DNA of 64,000 bases, from assembly GCA_964291655.2 (NCBI GenBank), contig OZ219802.1:320001-384000 (forward strand), read 5' to 3'. The stretch's first letter is position 1. Every line of letters starts with the position of its first letter. The translations under genes were made by a program, and so were the position numbers. Of this stretch, positions 38,311 through 47,419 are shown piece by piece. The notes beneath the pieces are model-generated. The model was not told the origin of the DNA. It made no database searches and was given only the letters and a program-made list of their open reading frames with translations. This stretch comes from Chloroflexota bacterium. GTDB taxonomy: Bacteria > Chloroflexota > UBA11872 > VXOZ01.

Positions 38311-39351
38311 TTGTCATCTGTTGCCCTAAACTGCATCTCGAATGTCTCGCACGCAGCCTGGTCGCAGGCATTGCAGGCGTTGCCCGGTCAGCACTTTCTC
38401 CAAACCTGGGAGTGGGGCGAGCTCAAGGAGCGGTTTGGCTGGCAAGCCGAGCGTTACTTGTGTGAGCTAGACGGTCAGACTGTGGCTGCTTTCACCTTGC
38501 TGACCCGCCGTGTTCCTCTGTTGCCGTGGGTTATTGGCTATGTGCCGAAGGGTCCATTGCTTGACTATGCAGATACGTCGTTGTTTGGTGCTGTGTTAGA
38601 TGAAATCGTCGCTGCTGCGAGAGCATCACGTGCAATTTATGTAAAGATCGATCCTGACTTTTCCGAGGAGAACGAATGCGTGGCGCAGACCTACAACGAG
38701 CACGGATGGCACGCTAGTGATGAGCAGATCCAGTTTCCCCACACCGCCACGCTTGACTTAGGTCTGGGGCAAGATGCGCTGCTCGCGGCAATGAAGCCAA
38801 AGACCCGCTATAACATTCGCCTCGCGGCCCGCCGCGGGGTCGAAGTACAACAGACAACCGACTGGCAGACCCTCTTCAATCTCTATGGGGAGACAGCGAC
38901 TCGTGACGGCTTCCCGATCCGGGAAGCAGGCTACTATCATGCCCTGTGGTCTTCATTCCAACAGTCCGGCCAGGGTGAAGGCTTCTTGGCATGTGTCGAC
39001 CGTGAGCCCGTGGCAGGGCTATTCCTCATGCACACCGGCAACACGGGCTGGTTCTACACCGGCGCTTCCTCGCAGCGGCATCGCGACAAAATGCCGAATT
39101 ATCTCCTGCAATGGCACACTATCCAATGGCTGATCGACCGCGGCTATCGCTGGTACGACCTGTGGGGTGCGCCTTCCGTGATGGACGAGCGAGACCCGCT
39201 GTGGGGAGTGTACCGATTCAAGAGCGGTTTCGGCGCGGGCTATGTGCGCCGTCTCGGAGCGTATGACCACGTACTCAACCGCCCCGGATACGACGTGCTC
39301 ACCCGTATCATTCCCCGTTTCCGGCAGCTTCGCCGCAGTCTCGCCCGCTAA
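38311..39351 (+). CDS. FemABX-family aminoacyl-tRNA-dependent peptidyltransferase 2
   Basis: FLQTWEWG, YVPKGP, KTRYNIRLA, MPNYLLQW, YDLWG, GVYRFKSGF. Confidence 0.92.
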   Translation: MSSVALNCISNVSHAAWSQALQALPGQHFLQTWEWGELKERFGWQAERYLCELDGQTVAAFTLLTRRVPLLPWVIGYVPKGPLLDYADTSLFGAVLDEIVAAARASRAIYVKIDPDFSEENECVAQTYNEHGWHASDEQIQFPHTATLDLGLGQDALLAAMKPKTRYNIRLAARRGVEVQQTTDWQTLFNLYGETATRDGFPIREAGYYHALWSSFQQSGQGEGFLACVDREPVAGLFLMHTGNTGWFYTGASSQRHRDKMPNYLLQWHTIQWLIDRGYRWYDLWGAPSVMDERDPLWGVYRFKSGFGAGYVRRLGAYDHVLNRPGYDVLTRIIPRFRQLRRSLAR

Positions 39352-39446
39352 ATCCCCCTGTGCGCAGCCATCACTGCTTGACCGCTCGTGCGGGGTAAAT
39401 TACCATGCGCGCAAAGACATAGGAAGTGGTCGAGGAGCAGAAACAC

Positions 39447-40817
39447 ATGGCAAGAATCGCCTTCATCGGCGCAGGGAGCGTGACATTTGCGCGCCGCATT
39501 CTCACCGATATCCTGACGTGGCCCGAGCATAGCGAGAGTTCGCTGGCGCTGATGGACATCGATGGCGAAACGCTACAAATGACCGGAAAATTCGTGAAGC
39601 GGCTCATCGCAGAGCAGGGGCTCGGCGCCACCGTCACCACCACGCAAGACCGGCAAGAGGCGCTCGCCGGTGCTGACTATGTCATCACGGCGATAGACGT
39701 CGGCGGGCAGCCACTTCGCATGAAAGACTGGCAGATTCCCGCCCAGTTCGGCGTCTATCAAACGGTGGCCGATACGATTGGACCGGGCGGGGTCTTTCGA
39801 GGTCTGCGCACTGCTCCTGCACTCGCGGCTATCGCACATGACATGGAGTCACTTTGCCCCGATGCCCTGCTCATCAACTATGCCAACCCGATGAATATCA
39901 ACATGTGGCTGATTGGCGCTACAAGCAACATACGCGCTGTTGGCCTGTGCCATAGCGTTCAAGGCACGGCCGCAAGGCTGGCCCAGTATTTGGGCATGGA
40001 GCCGGACGACGTGTCTTATTGGGTGGCCGGCATCAACCATCAAGCGTGGTTTCTTCAGTTCCACCACAATACATTTCGCGGGCAGGACCTATACCCACGA
40101 CTGCGGGCGGCAATGGATGACCCAGAAACCTACGCCAGAGACAACGTTCGCTTCGAGGTCTTACGCCACTTCGGCTACTTTGTCACCGAGTCGAGCCACC
40201 ACATGTCGGAATACACGCCGTGGTTTCGCCGTACCGCGGCCGACCGTGCGCGCTACATGCCTGAACACTTGAAGCGCTGGGCGGAGGAGAACAACGTCGA
40301 GCGAGACAGCGAGGGGCGGATTTTGGATGAAGAAGCGCAAATTCGGGAATCCTTCATGTACGCCCGACAGGAGCGGCGCGAAGACTACTTTGCGAATCAA
40401 CAAAAAGACCTGGAGAGCCCCGACCCACTTCCCTTCAATCGCACGCACGAATACTGCTCGTACATTCTCCATGCTGTCGAAACAAATACACCCTATCGCT
40501 TCAACGGCAACGTGCCGAACACCGACCTGATTTCCAATCTTCCCTCTGGCTGCAACGTGGAAGTGCCGGTCTTGGTGGACAGCGCGGGTCTTCATCCCTG
40601 CTATGTCGGCAAGTTACCTGCTCAGTGCGCGGGCATAAATCGGACAAACGTCAATGTCCAAGAACTCACTGTTCAGGCGATTCTGGAACAAGATCGGCGC
40701 CACGTGCACGAGGCAATCGCATTGGACCCGCTCACGACAACCCGGTGTTCGCTGGAAGACGTGCGCGCCATGACTTATGAGCTCTTCGCCGCCAGCGAGG
40801 CGTATTTGACAATCTAG
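39447..40817 (+). CDS. melA: GH4 NAD+-dependent alpha-galactosidase
   Basis: FIGAGS, QTVADTIGPGG, NYANP, GLCHSV, GINH, TESSHH.SEY. Confidence 0.88.
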   Translation: MARIAFIGAGSVTFARRILTDILTWPEHSESSLALMDIDGETLQMTGKFVKRLIAEQGLGATVTTTQDRQEALAGADYVITAIDVGGQPLRMKDWQIPAQFGVYQTVADTIGPGGVFRGLRTAPALAAIAHDMESLCPDALLINYANPMNINMWLIGATSNIRAVGLCHSVQGTAARLAQYLGMEPDDVSYWVAGINHQAWFLQFHHNTFRGQDLYPRLRAAMDDPETYARDNVRFEVLRHFGYFVTESSHHMSEYTPWFRRTAADRARYMPEHLKRWAEENNVERDSEGRILDEEAQIRESFMYARQERREDYFANQQKDLESPDPLPFNRTHEYCSYILHAVETNTPYRFNGNVPNTDLISNLPSGCNVEVPVLVDSAGLHPCYVGKLPAQCAGINRTNVNVQELTVQAILEQDRRHVHEAIALDPLTTTRCSLEDVRAMTYELFAASEAYLTI

Positions 40818-40930
40818 CTACGATGCGGGGGAGAGATCATTGCCAGTTGGTATCGCATTAGAGACAATCGAGCGAGAAGCTAGAACCAAATCATCTCAGA
40901 GCATGAAGGCCAAGGGGTATTGGGCACGTC

Positions 40931-41314
40931 ATGAGTGACGATCGCAGCTTGTCCTCGCCAGAAGAAGCGCAGCGGCAGCAAGATGACGCGTTAGAGGCAG
41001 CTTCAACCATTGATGAAACTCCAGAAGGATTCCCAATCTGCCAGTGGTGCGGGGGCGCTATTACGGAGAAGGAAGACCTGGTTGTCGCGGTAGATGACAT
41101 GGGCGCTCCCGCCCAGATAGCGCCGGTAGGATATACTGCCCCGCGCACCTATGCCGCCTTTCACCGTGAATGCCATATCGAATTCTCAGAAGAACCTCAC
41201 CCAGAGCAAGACGCGGATACCGCTGGATTTTGGACGCCGGTAAATCTGCTGATCGTCGGAGTGAGTGTGATTGCGATCCTTATCGTGCTGGCCTTTGCCG
41301 TTCTCCCGCAATAG
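40931..41314 (+). CDS. Hypothetical protein with putative zinc finger and C-terminal membrane anchor
   Basis: CQWC...HREC; acidic; hydrophobic C-terminal LLIVGVSVIAILIVLAFAVL. Confidence 0.7.
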   Translation: MSDDRSLSSPEEAQRQQDDALEAASTIDETPEGFPICQWCGGAITEKEDLVVAVDDMGAPAQIAPVGYTAPRTYAAFHRECHIEFSEEPHPEQDADTAGFWTPVNLLIVGVSVIAILIVLAFAVLPQ

Positions 41315-41446
41315 CGCGCCGGCAGACGTTCGTGAATTCTAGCGAAACCGGGGAGTGGCAGATGAGCAGGGCACACTTGACGACCACTCACTTTTGACGT
41401 AGACTTCATCTGTACTATGCGATGCATGGGTAGGGGTAGTTTATCG

Positions 41447-41475
41447 TTGAACCATGCACGCAATTGTAGTAGAGT
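41447..41475 (+). promoter_or_regulatory. Putative sigma70 promoter for sugar ABC ATPase
   Basis: TTGAAC-17 nt-TAGAGT. Confidence 0.45.
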
Positions 41476-41546
41476 AAGTTCAGTCGTGTGGCCATGCCAC
41501 ACAAAGCTGGTGAAAGTAGTGAATTACACAGAAGGAGTTGCTGCAA

Positions 41547-42656
41547 GTGGCTAGTGTAACTCTTGAATCCGTCTCTAAGCGCTTTGGCGAGGTTGTTGCG
41601 GTAAGCAACATGAACCTGGAAGTCAAGGACAAGGAATTCCTCGTCCTCGTTGGGCCTTCCGGCTGTGGCAAGTCGACGACATTGCGCATGATTGCCGGCC
41701 TGGAGGAGATTACGGAAGGTAGTCTCTTCATTGGTGACCGGTTGGTCAATGACGTGCCGCCGAAGGACCGTGACATCGCCATGGTGTTCCAGTCCTACGC
41801 GCTCTATCCGCACATGTCGGTGTATGACAACTTGGCGTTTGGTTTGCGCCTGCGCCGTACTCCTAAGAAAGAGATCGACCGCCGCGTGCGTGAGAGTGCG
41901 GAAATGCTTGGCATTGGCGAGCTCCTCAACCGCAAGCCGCGGCAGCTCTCCGGTGGCCAGCGGCAGCGTGTAGCGCTGGGACGCGCCATTGTACGCGACC
42001 CCGCCGTCTTCCTAATGGATGAGCCTCTTTCAAACCTGGACGCCAAGCTGCGTGTTACGACGCGCGCCGAGCTCATCAAACTACACCGGCGCTTGGAAAC
42101 CACTACCATCTACGTGACTCACGACCAGGTAGAGGCCATGACGATGGGTCACCGCATTGCGGTGATGCGAGACGGGGTTCTGCAGCAACTCGATACGCCG
42201 CAGAACATCTATGACCATCCTTCCAACATGTTCGTGGCCGGTTTCATCGGCAGCCCGGCCATGAACTTCCAAGAGGCCACGCTCTCTGGCGATGCTGACG
42301 AGATGTGGGTGGAAACCGGCGGTTTCAAGCTCCGCTGGCCGCCTGACAAGGCAGCCGCTCTGGCAAAGGTCGACACGGACAAGATCTACTTCGGCTGGCG
42401 GCCTGAGGATATGTTCGACCCACGCTTCCGCCCCGCCGCCCTGGACGTGTCGCAAGGCAACTCCATGACTGCCCGCGTAGACGTGGTTGAGACCCTCGGT
42501 TCTGAAATGTACGTCTACTGCCTTGCAGGCGACATCGACTTTGTTGCCCGGCTCGACCCGCGCGCTGAGGCGATCGTTGGCCGCGACATCGAGATGGTGG
42601 TTGACGTAGATAATTGCCACGCCTTCGACATGCGGACGCAAGAGTCGATCTTCTAA
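41547..42656 (+). CDS. CUT1 sugar ABC transporter ATPase (MalK/MsmX/UgpC family)
   Basis: GPSGCGKST, VFQSYALYPHM, LSGGQRQRVALGRA, DEPLSNLDAKLR, YVTHDQ, FIGSP, TOBE tail. Confidence 0.96.
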   Translation: MASVTLESVSKRFGEVVAVSNMNLEVKDKEFLVLVGPSGCGKSTTLRMIAGLEEITEGSLFIGDRLVNDVPPKDRDIAMVFQSYALYPHMSVYDNLAFGLRLRRTPKKEIDRRVRESAEMLGIGELLNRKPRQLSGGQRQRVALGRAIVRDPAVFLMDEPLSNLDAKLRVTTRAELIKLHRRLETTTIYVTHDQVEAMTMGHRIAVMRDGVLQQLDTPQNIYDHPSNMFVAGFIGSPAMNFQEATLSGDADEMWVETGGFKLRWPPDKAAALAKVDTDKIYFGWRPEDMFDPRFRPAALDVSQGNSMTARVDVVETLGSEMYVYCLAGDIDFVARLDPRAEAIVGRDIEMVVDVDNCHAFDMRTQESIF

Positions 42657-42718
42657 AGAGACGCTATTAGTCCCGCAGAAATGCTCCCTTAATCGGGAAT
42701 GTCCGGAAGAAACTTGAG

Positions 42719-42750
42719 AGAGGAGCCAGGAGAAATTCTGGCTCCTCTTT
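42719..42750 (+). terminator. Intrinsic terminator after sugar ABC ATPase
   Basis: AGAGGAGCCAG / CTGGCTCCTCT 11-bp stem ending in TTT. Confidence 0.7.
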
Positions 42751-42786
42751 GGATTCTGGTGCAGATTGCGCTGACTTAGTAATAAG

Positions 42787-42946
42787 CTTCCAGCGACCTA
42801 GTCCTGCAAATAGGTGCAAAGGGCTGAGAAGAGCTTCTCGCAGTGGTGCCGCGAACGGAATCGCTACACAGCCTTATTCCTGCAAGCAATACTTAAGAGT
42901 GCTCAGCCCTAGACCGGCGGTACGTGATTGCAGGTTGGAGGTGGGA
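42787..42946. ncRNA. Candidate structured RNA (long irregular hairpin with internal bubble)
   Basis: Nested inverted repeats CCTGCAA/TTGCAGG, AGGGCTGAG/CTCAGCCCT, GCAG/CTGC, GCGA/TCGC; no family match recognised. Confidence 0.25.
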
Positions 42947-42998
42947 GAACCCAAGGCTGCCATTCAGCGCGGCAATCCCGGTGGAGCAATGACGAGGG

Positions 42999-43568
42999 CT
43001 AGACTGGCAATTCCCACAGCGCGTACCACTTGGACTGGTCGGCTTCCAATGGCAGTTCGCGATCAGCCACCGCCTGCATGCGTAATTCAAGCGCATTGTC
43101 CCGCGTGCGGGAGCCGTTAGGAGCAAACGGATAGAAGGATCCACGCTTGTAATTGTAGATCCAATACATCCCCGTGCCCGTCATATCCTCGAAGTGGAAT
43201 GCCGCAGCTAGAAGCTGATCTCGGAAACCGTGTTCGGAAAGAGTAAGACTGACCATATGAATGGTGGTGACCAAATCCTCGAAGTCGGGGTCTTCGAGCA
43301 CGACCCAATGATAGCCAAACGAGTCTTCCTTGATCAGGGTATCCGTGCCGGTCTCCTTGCCGCTCACTGCCAGCAGTTCGGAGAGTTCACGCTGGAGGCT
43401 TGAGAATTGGCTTGACGATAGAGAGCGAAAGCAAATACCGGCGCTGCCCTTGCTCTGTAAGCCATTGGATGCGGCAAAGGCCAACGCGGCGGTGGAAATG
43501 CTCATCAGACGTTCCAAGTGGGAGCGAACCGGGCGACTGCGGCCCAGTAGCGCGTCCAGGAACTTCAC
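42999..43568 (-). CDS. PspA-associated protein PspAB family
   Basis: DSFGYHWVVLEDPDFEDLVTTIH, YNYKRGSFYPFAP, RDNALE, WYALW; coupled to htpX (TAGTG). Confidence 0.8.
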   Translation of the reverse strand: MKFLDALLGRSRPVRSHLERLMSISTAALAFAASNGLQSKGSAGICFRSLSSSQFSSLQRELSELLAVSGKETGTDTLIKEDSFGYHWVVLEDPDFEDLVTTIHMVSLTLSEHGFRDQLLAAAFHFEDMTGTGMYWIYNYKRGSFYPFAPNGSRTRDNALELRMQAVADRELPLEADQSKWYALWELPV

Positions 43569-44470
43569 TACGCTTGCTCCATCTGCTGCTCCAGCGCAGC
43601 AAGACGCTTGAGGCGATTTTCAAGGGAAGGGTGGGTTGAGATCAGTTCCATCAGCGAATTCTTGCCTACGGCAGGCATGATGAAGAATGCGTTCGCACCT
43701 TCCACCTGACGCAAGTCATCTTTCGGAATACGTTGCATGCGACCGCTGATCTTCAGCAGGGCAGATGAAAGATGTGATGGAGAGCCCGTAAGCACAGCGG
43801 CGCCGCGGTCAGCGGAGTATTCGCGATAGCGAGACAGCGCCCGGATCAATAGAAAGCTAACGATCCAGACGAGCACAGCCACGAAATATACGAGGATGAT
43901 CGCGCTTCCCTGGTTGTCCCGGCCCCGGCCGCCAAAACCGCCAAAGAGACCCATATACATGCCAAAGCGCATGATCATAAATGCCAGAGTGGAAAAGAAG
44001 CTCGCCAGCGTAATCACCATGACATCACGGTTCTTAACGTGGCTGAGTTCGTGAGCCAGCACGGCCTCCAATTCGTCGCGATTCAGTTGGTGGATCAGGC
44101 CGGTCGTCACCGCCACGACGGCGTGCTTGGGGTCCCTGCCGGTAGCAAAGGCATTCGCCATGGAATGTTCAACCATCGCGATGCGCGGTTTTGGCATATC
44201 CGCCATAGCCGCCAAGCGTTCTACCATGGCGTGAAGATCCGGCGCTTGTTCCGGAGTCACGTCCTTTGCGCCCATGGACCACAGAATCATTCTGTCACTG
44301 AAAAAGTACTGCGCTGCCATCATGGCGCCGGCAAAAGCGAGCATAGTCATGGCGCCCGCTCCCAGCGACCAAAGTGCCGCCAAGAAGAAGACGTAGACGG
44401 CACCAAGGAGGAAGATCGTGATGAGCATGCGAATCTGCAGTCCACCATCCCCGATCCACTTTTGCTTCAT
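43568..44470 (-). CDS. htpX: Membrane zinc metalloprotease HtpX
   Basis: NAFATG, AHELSH (HExxH), SRYREY.AD, STHP. Confidence 0.95.
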   Translation of the reverse strand: MKQKWIGDGGLQIRMLITIFLLGAVYVFFLAALWSLGAGAMTMLAFAGAMMAAQYFFSDRMILWSMGAKDVTPEQAPDLHAMVERLAAMADMPKPRIAMVEHSMANAFATGRDPKHAVVAVTTGLIHQLNRDELEAVLAHELSHVKNRDVMVITLASFFSTLAFMIMRFGMYMGLFGGFGGRGRDNQGSAIILVYFVAVLVWIVSFLLIRALSRYREYSADRGAAVLTGSPSHLSSALLKISGRMQRIPKDDLRQVEGANAFFIMPAVGKNSLMELISTHPSLENRLKRLAALEQQMEQA

Positions 44471-44594
44471 CAAGAATCTCCTTAAGAATGTTGTGAATTC
44501 TTACTTGAATCTTTCAAATTTCGAATGGCCATAGCCAGACGTAGGGAGGTCAGTAAACGATGTGCGACGATACGTAAGTTTCGTTTCATCATTA

Positions 44595-44629
44595 ATTATA
44601 CTCCAGTCATTGCTCCTTGACTACGTCAA
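44595..44629 (-). promoter_or_regulatory. Putative htpX promoter with overlapping palindrome TTGAC-tac-GTCAA
   Basis: Minus strand TAGTCA-17 nt-TATAAT; palindrome at 44617-44629. Confidence 0.45.
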
Positions 44630-44764
44630 CGAGCCATGGCGCTCACCGGCCAAGCCCCGTACGGCAGCCAGTATGCACAGTTGCTGGGAATTTGCTACAG
44701 TAGAAGCGTTGAGACAATCTTCGCGTGGCTTTTGTTAGTGCTGAGAGCGCAAGAACCTGCCATC

Positions 44765-45493
44765 ATGAGCATTGCAGACAACATAGTTCACGTTTGCCGG
44801 CGCATCGCAGAGGCGGCGGAGAGAGCAGGGCGGGAGCCGTCTGACGTTACCTTGGTAGCGGTCTCAAAGGGCTTTGGCGTTGAGACCATCGAGCAGGCTG
44901 CCGCTGCCGGACTCTCAGTCTTTGGCGAAAACCGCGTGCAGGAGGCGGCAGAGAAGATTTCAGTGCTTCCTTCGTCCCTGGAATGGCACATGCTCGGGCA
45001 CGTGCAATCCAACAAGGCCAAGCAAGCTGAAGCGCTTTTCGACCGCATTCACTCCGTGGATAGTGTCCGATTAGCCAGCGCGCTCGCACGGCACGCAGCA
45101 GACCAGGGCCGCTGCATACCGATACTCATCCAAGTGAACGTAACCGGGAAGGAAAGCCAGTTTGGGCTCCCTCCCACCGACGTACCGGCGGTTGCCCGCA
45201 GCATCGCGGCGTGTACGGGTATTCGTATTGACGGCCTGATGGCAATTGCGTCCTTTACCGAAGATGAGGTAACGCTGCGCGCGGAATTTCGCGCGCTGCG
45301 GCAACTTCGCGACAGGCTTAAGTCTATCGTCCCCGACCACCCGTGCCGAGAGCTCTCGATGGGCATGACAAACGACTATCCCATTGCCATCGAAGAGGGG
45401 GCTACAATCGTGCGAGTTGGGCGGGCCATATTCGGTGAACGTCCGCTGCCTCAGTCACGTTACGAACCAAAGAAAGTTTTGCAGGGAACGTAG
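44765..45493 (+). CDS. yggS: PLP homeostasis protein YggS/PROSC
   Basis: LVAVSK, FGENRVQE, WHMLGHVQSNK, HSVDS, LSMGMTND, VRVGRAIFG. Confidence 0.96.
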   Translation: MSIADNIVHVCRRIAEAAERAGREPSDVTLVAVSKGFGVETIEQAAAAGLSVFGENRVQEAAEKISVLPSSLEWHMLGHVQSNKAKQAEALFDRIHSVDSVRLASALARHAADQGRCIPILIQVNVTGKESQFGLPPTDVPAVARSIAACTGIRIDGLMAIASFTEDEVTLRAEFRALRQLRDRLKSIVPDHPCRELSMGMTNDYPIAIEEGATIVRVGRAIFGERPLPQSRYEPKKVLQGT

Positions 45494-45510
45494 TTGGGAA
45501 TTCAGATCGT

Positions 45511-45771
45511 ATGACCCCGATAGTTTGCACCTTCATACAGTTCCTCACCTTAGCACTGATCTTTGCGATCATCGCGCGAGCGCTCGCATCATGGTTCGTT
45601 CAGGATTCGAGCAACCCAATTGTTGCGATGCTCCACGACATTACCGAGCCGATTGTGGGGCCGATACGGCGGCTCATGCCAAGTACCGGCATGATTGACT
45701 TGTCTCCGTTGATTGCCCTGATCCTGCTTCAAATTCTGCAGCGAGTCTTGGTCTCTTTGATTTGCAGTTGA
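45511..45771 (+). CDS. yggT: YggT/YlmG family membrane protein
   Basis: LASW...ITEPIVGPIRR...IDLSP. Confidence 0.92.
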   Translation: MTPIVCTFIQFLTLALIFAIIARALASWFVQDSSNPIVAMLHDITEPIVGPIRRLMPSTGMIDLSPLIALILLQILQRVLVSLICS

Positions 45772-45774
45772 CGG

Positions 45775-46089
45775 ATGTCGCCCCCGATTCTGGACATAAG
45801 AGATTCCTCTAGTGGCTGCCGGCTGGCTGTACTTGCCAAACCACGAGCGCGCCGCACGGAGTTCGCAGGTATTCACGACGGTGCGCTATGCGTTCGATTG
45901 CAGGCCCCTCCGGCGGATGGCAAAGCCAACGAAGAGTTGCTGCGGTTTCTCGCTGACAAGCTTGGGGTGCCAATGGCTGCCGTCACACTTCGCCAGGGAG
46001 TTTCGTCGCGACGCAAGGTGGTAGCTGTAGAAGGCGTTGGGGCTGCTACTATATCGCGCTGTATCAACGCATTACAGACGGGAGAGTAA
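45775..46089 (+). CDS. DUF167 (YggU) family protein
   Basis: KPRA, APPADGKANEEL, G.SSRRK. Confidence 0.9.
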   Translation: MSPPILDIRDSSSGCRLAVLAKPRARRTEFAGIHDGALCVRLQAPPADGKANEELLRFLADKLGVPMAAVTLRQGVSSRRKVVAVEGVGAATISRCINALQTGE

Positions 46090-46092
46090 GAC

Positions 46093-47367
46093 GTGCTGCA
46101 GACCCCGCGAGGCACAACCGATGTCCTTCCCAGCGACCAAGCGTACTGGAGCTACGTAACCGCTCACTTCAAGAGCATTTGCAACTCCTACGGCTATGGC
46201 GAAATCCGCACGCCGGTCTTCGAGGACACGCGGCTCTTCCAGAGGACCGTGGGGGAAGGCACGGATATCGTTGAAAAAGAGATGTACACGTTCTCAGATC
46301 GGGGCGGCGACAGTCTCACCTTACGTCCCGAGGGTACGGCGCCGGTGGTGCGGGCCTACCTCGAACACGGCATGCATCGCTTGCCCCAACCCGTAAAGCT
46401 TAGTTACATTGCCTCGATTTTTCGCTACGATCGTCCCCAGGCGGGACGGTTGCGGCAGCACCACCAGTTCGGCGTGGAGGCGCTGGGAGAAGAGTCCGCC
46501 GCCATCGACGCCGAAGTCATCAGCTTGCTCTTGAGTCTCTACCGCAGCATTGGGCTGACCGAAGTTTCACTCCAACTAAACAGCATTGGCGATGCGGCTT
46601 GCCGCCCACAGTACATCGCAGACCTCGCGGCGTACTACCGCTCGCACGTGCATGCTCTCTGCGAGAACTGCCAGACCCGCTTGGAACGCAATCCGCTACG
46701 CCTCTTAGACTGCAAGGAAGACTCTTGCCAACCATTCATCGCAGAGGCGCCGCACACCTTGGACAGTCTCTGCGCAGACTGCGATACCCACTTTGGCACC
46801 CTGAAGCGGTCGCTGGAGGCTATGAAGATCAGCTATACACTGAATCACACGCTCGTGCGGGGTCTCGACTACTACACGCGCACAGTCTTTGAGGTCTGGC
46901 CGGAAATGGTGGGCCGGCAGAGCGCCTTGGGCGGCGGCGGCCGCTACGATGGCTTGGCGAGACAAATCGGCAAGCGCGACCTGCCCGGCATCGGCTTTGG
47001 CACAGGCATCGAGCGGATAATTCTCAACCTGCAGCGCCAGGGCATAGCACCAACAGACGAAAAGCAATTCAGTGTCTATGTAGCAACACTTGGCGAGCAG
47101 GCCGGAACCTACGGCACCGGCTTGGTTGACGACTTGCGGCAGCGGGGAATTCGCGCGCTCACATCCTATAAGCCGCGCAGCCTCAAGGCTCAACTCCGCC
47201 AAGCGGGAAACTTCCAAGCAGAATATGCCGTGATAGTCGGCGACGATGAGCTGGCGGAAGGTCAGATCTTGCTGCGGGACCTGGGGTCGAGCTCGCAAGA
47301 AAACATAGCAGCACCGGACGTTATAGCAACGCTTGAGCGGCTACGCGCTAACGGAAATTCCAGCTAA
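46093..47367 (+). CDS. hisS: Histidine--tRNA ligase
   Basis: PRGT.D, KEMY, LRPEGTA, FRYDRPQAGRLRQ, LVRGLDYY, GGGRYDGL, GIER. Confidence 0.98.
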   Translation: MLQTPRGTTDVLPSDQAYWSYVTAHFKSICNSYGYGEIRTPVFEDTRLFQRTVGEGTDIVEKEMYTFSDRGGDSLTLRPEGTAPVVRAYLEHGMHRLPQPVKLSYIASIFRYDRPQAGRLRQHHQFGVEALGEESAAIDAEVISLLLSLYRSIGLTEVSLQLNSIGDAACRPQYIADLAAYYRSHVHALCENCQTRLERNPLRLLDCKEDSCQPFIAEAPHTLDSLCADCDTHFGTLKRSLEAMKISYTLNHTLVRGLDYYTRTVFEVWPEMVGRQSALGGGGRYDGLARQIGKRDLPGIGFGTGIERIILNLQRQGIAPTDEKQFSVYVATLGEQAGTYGTGLVDDLRQRGIRALTSYKPRSLKAQLRQAGNFQAEYAVIVGDDELAEGQILLRDLGSSSQENIAAPDVIATLERLRANGNSS

Positions 47368-47419
47368 GTAGGTGTCTTAGGAGTTGCCTAGCCGGCACTT
47401 GCGGTCGGCAGGCCGCTCG

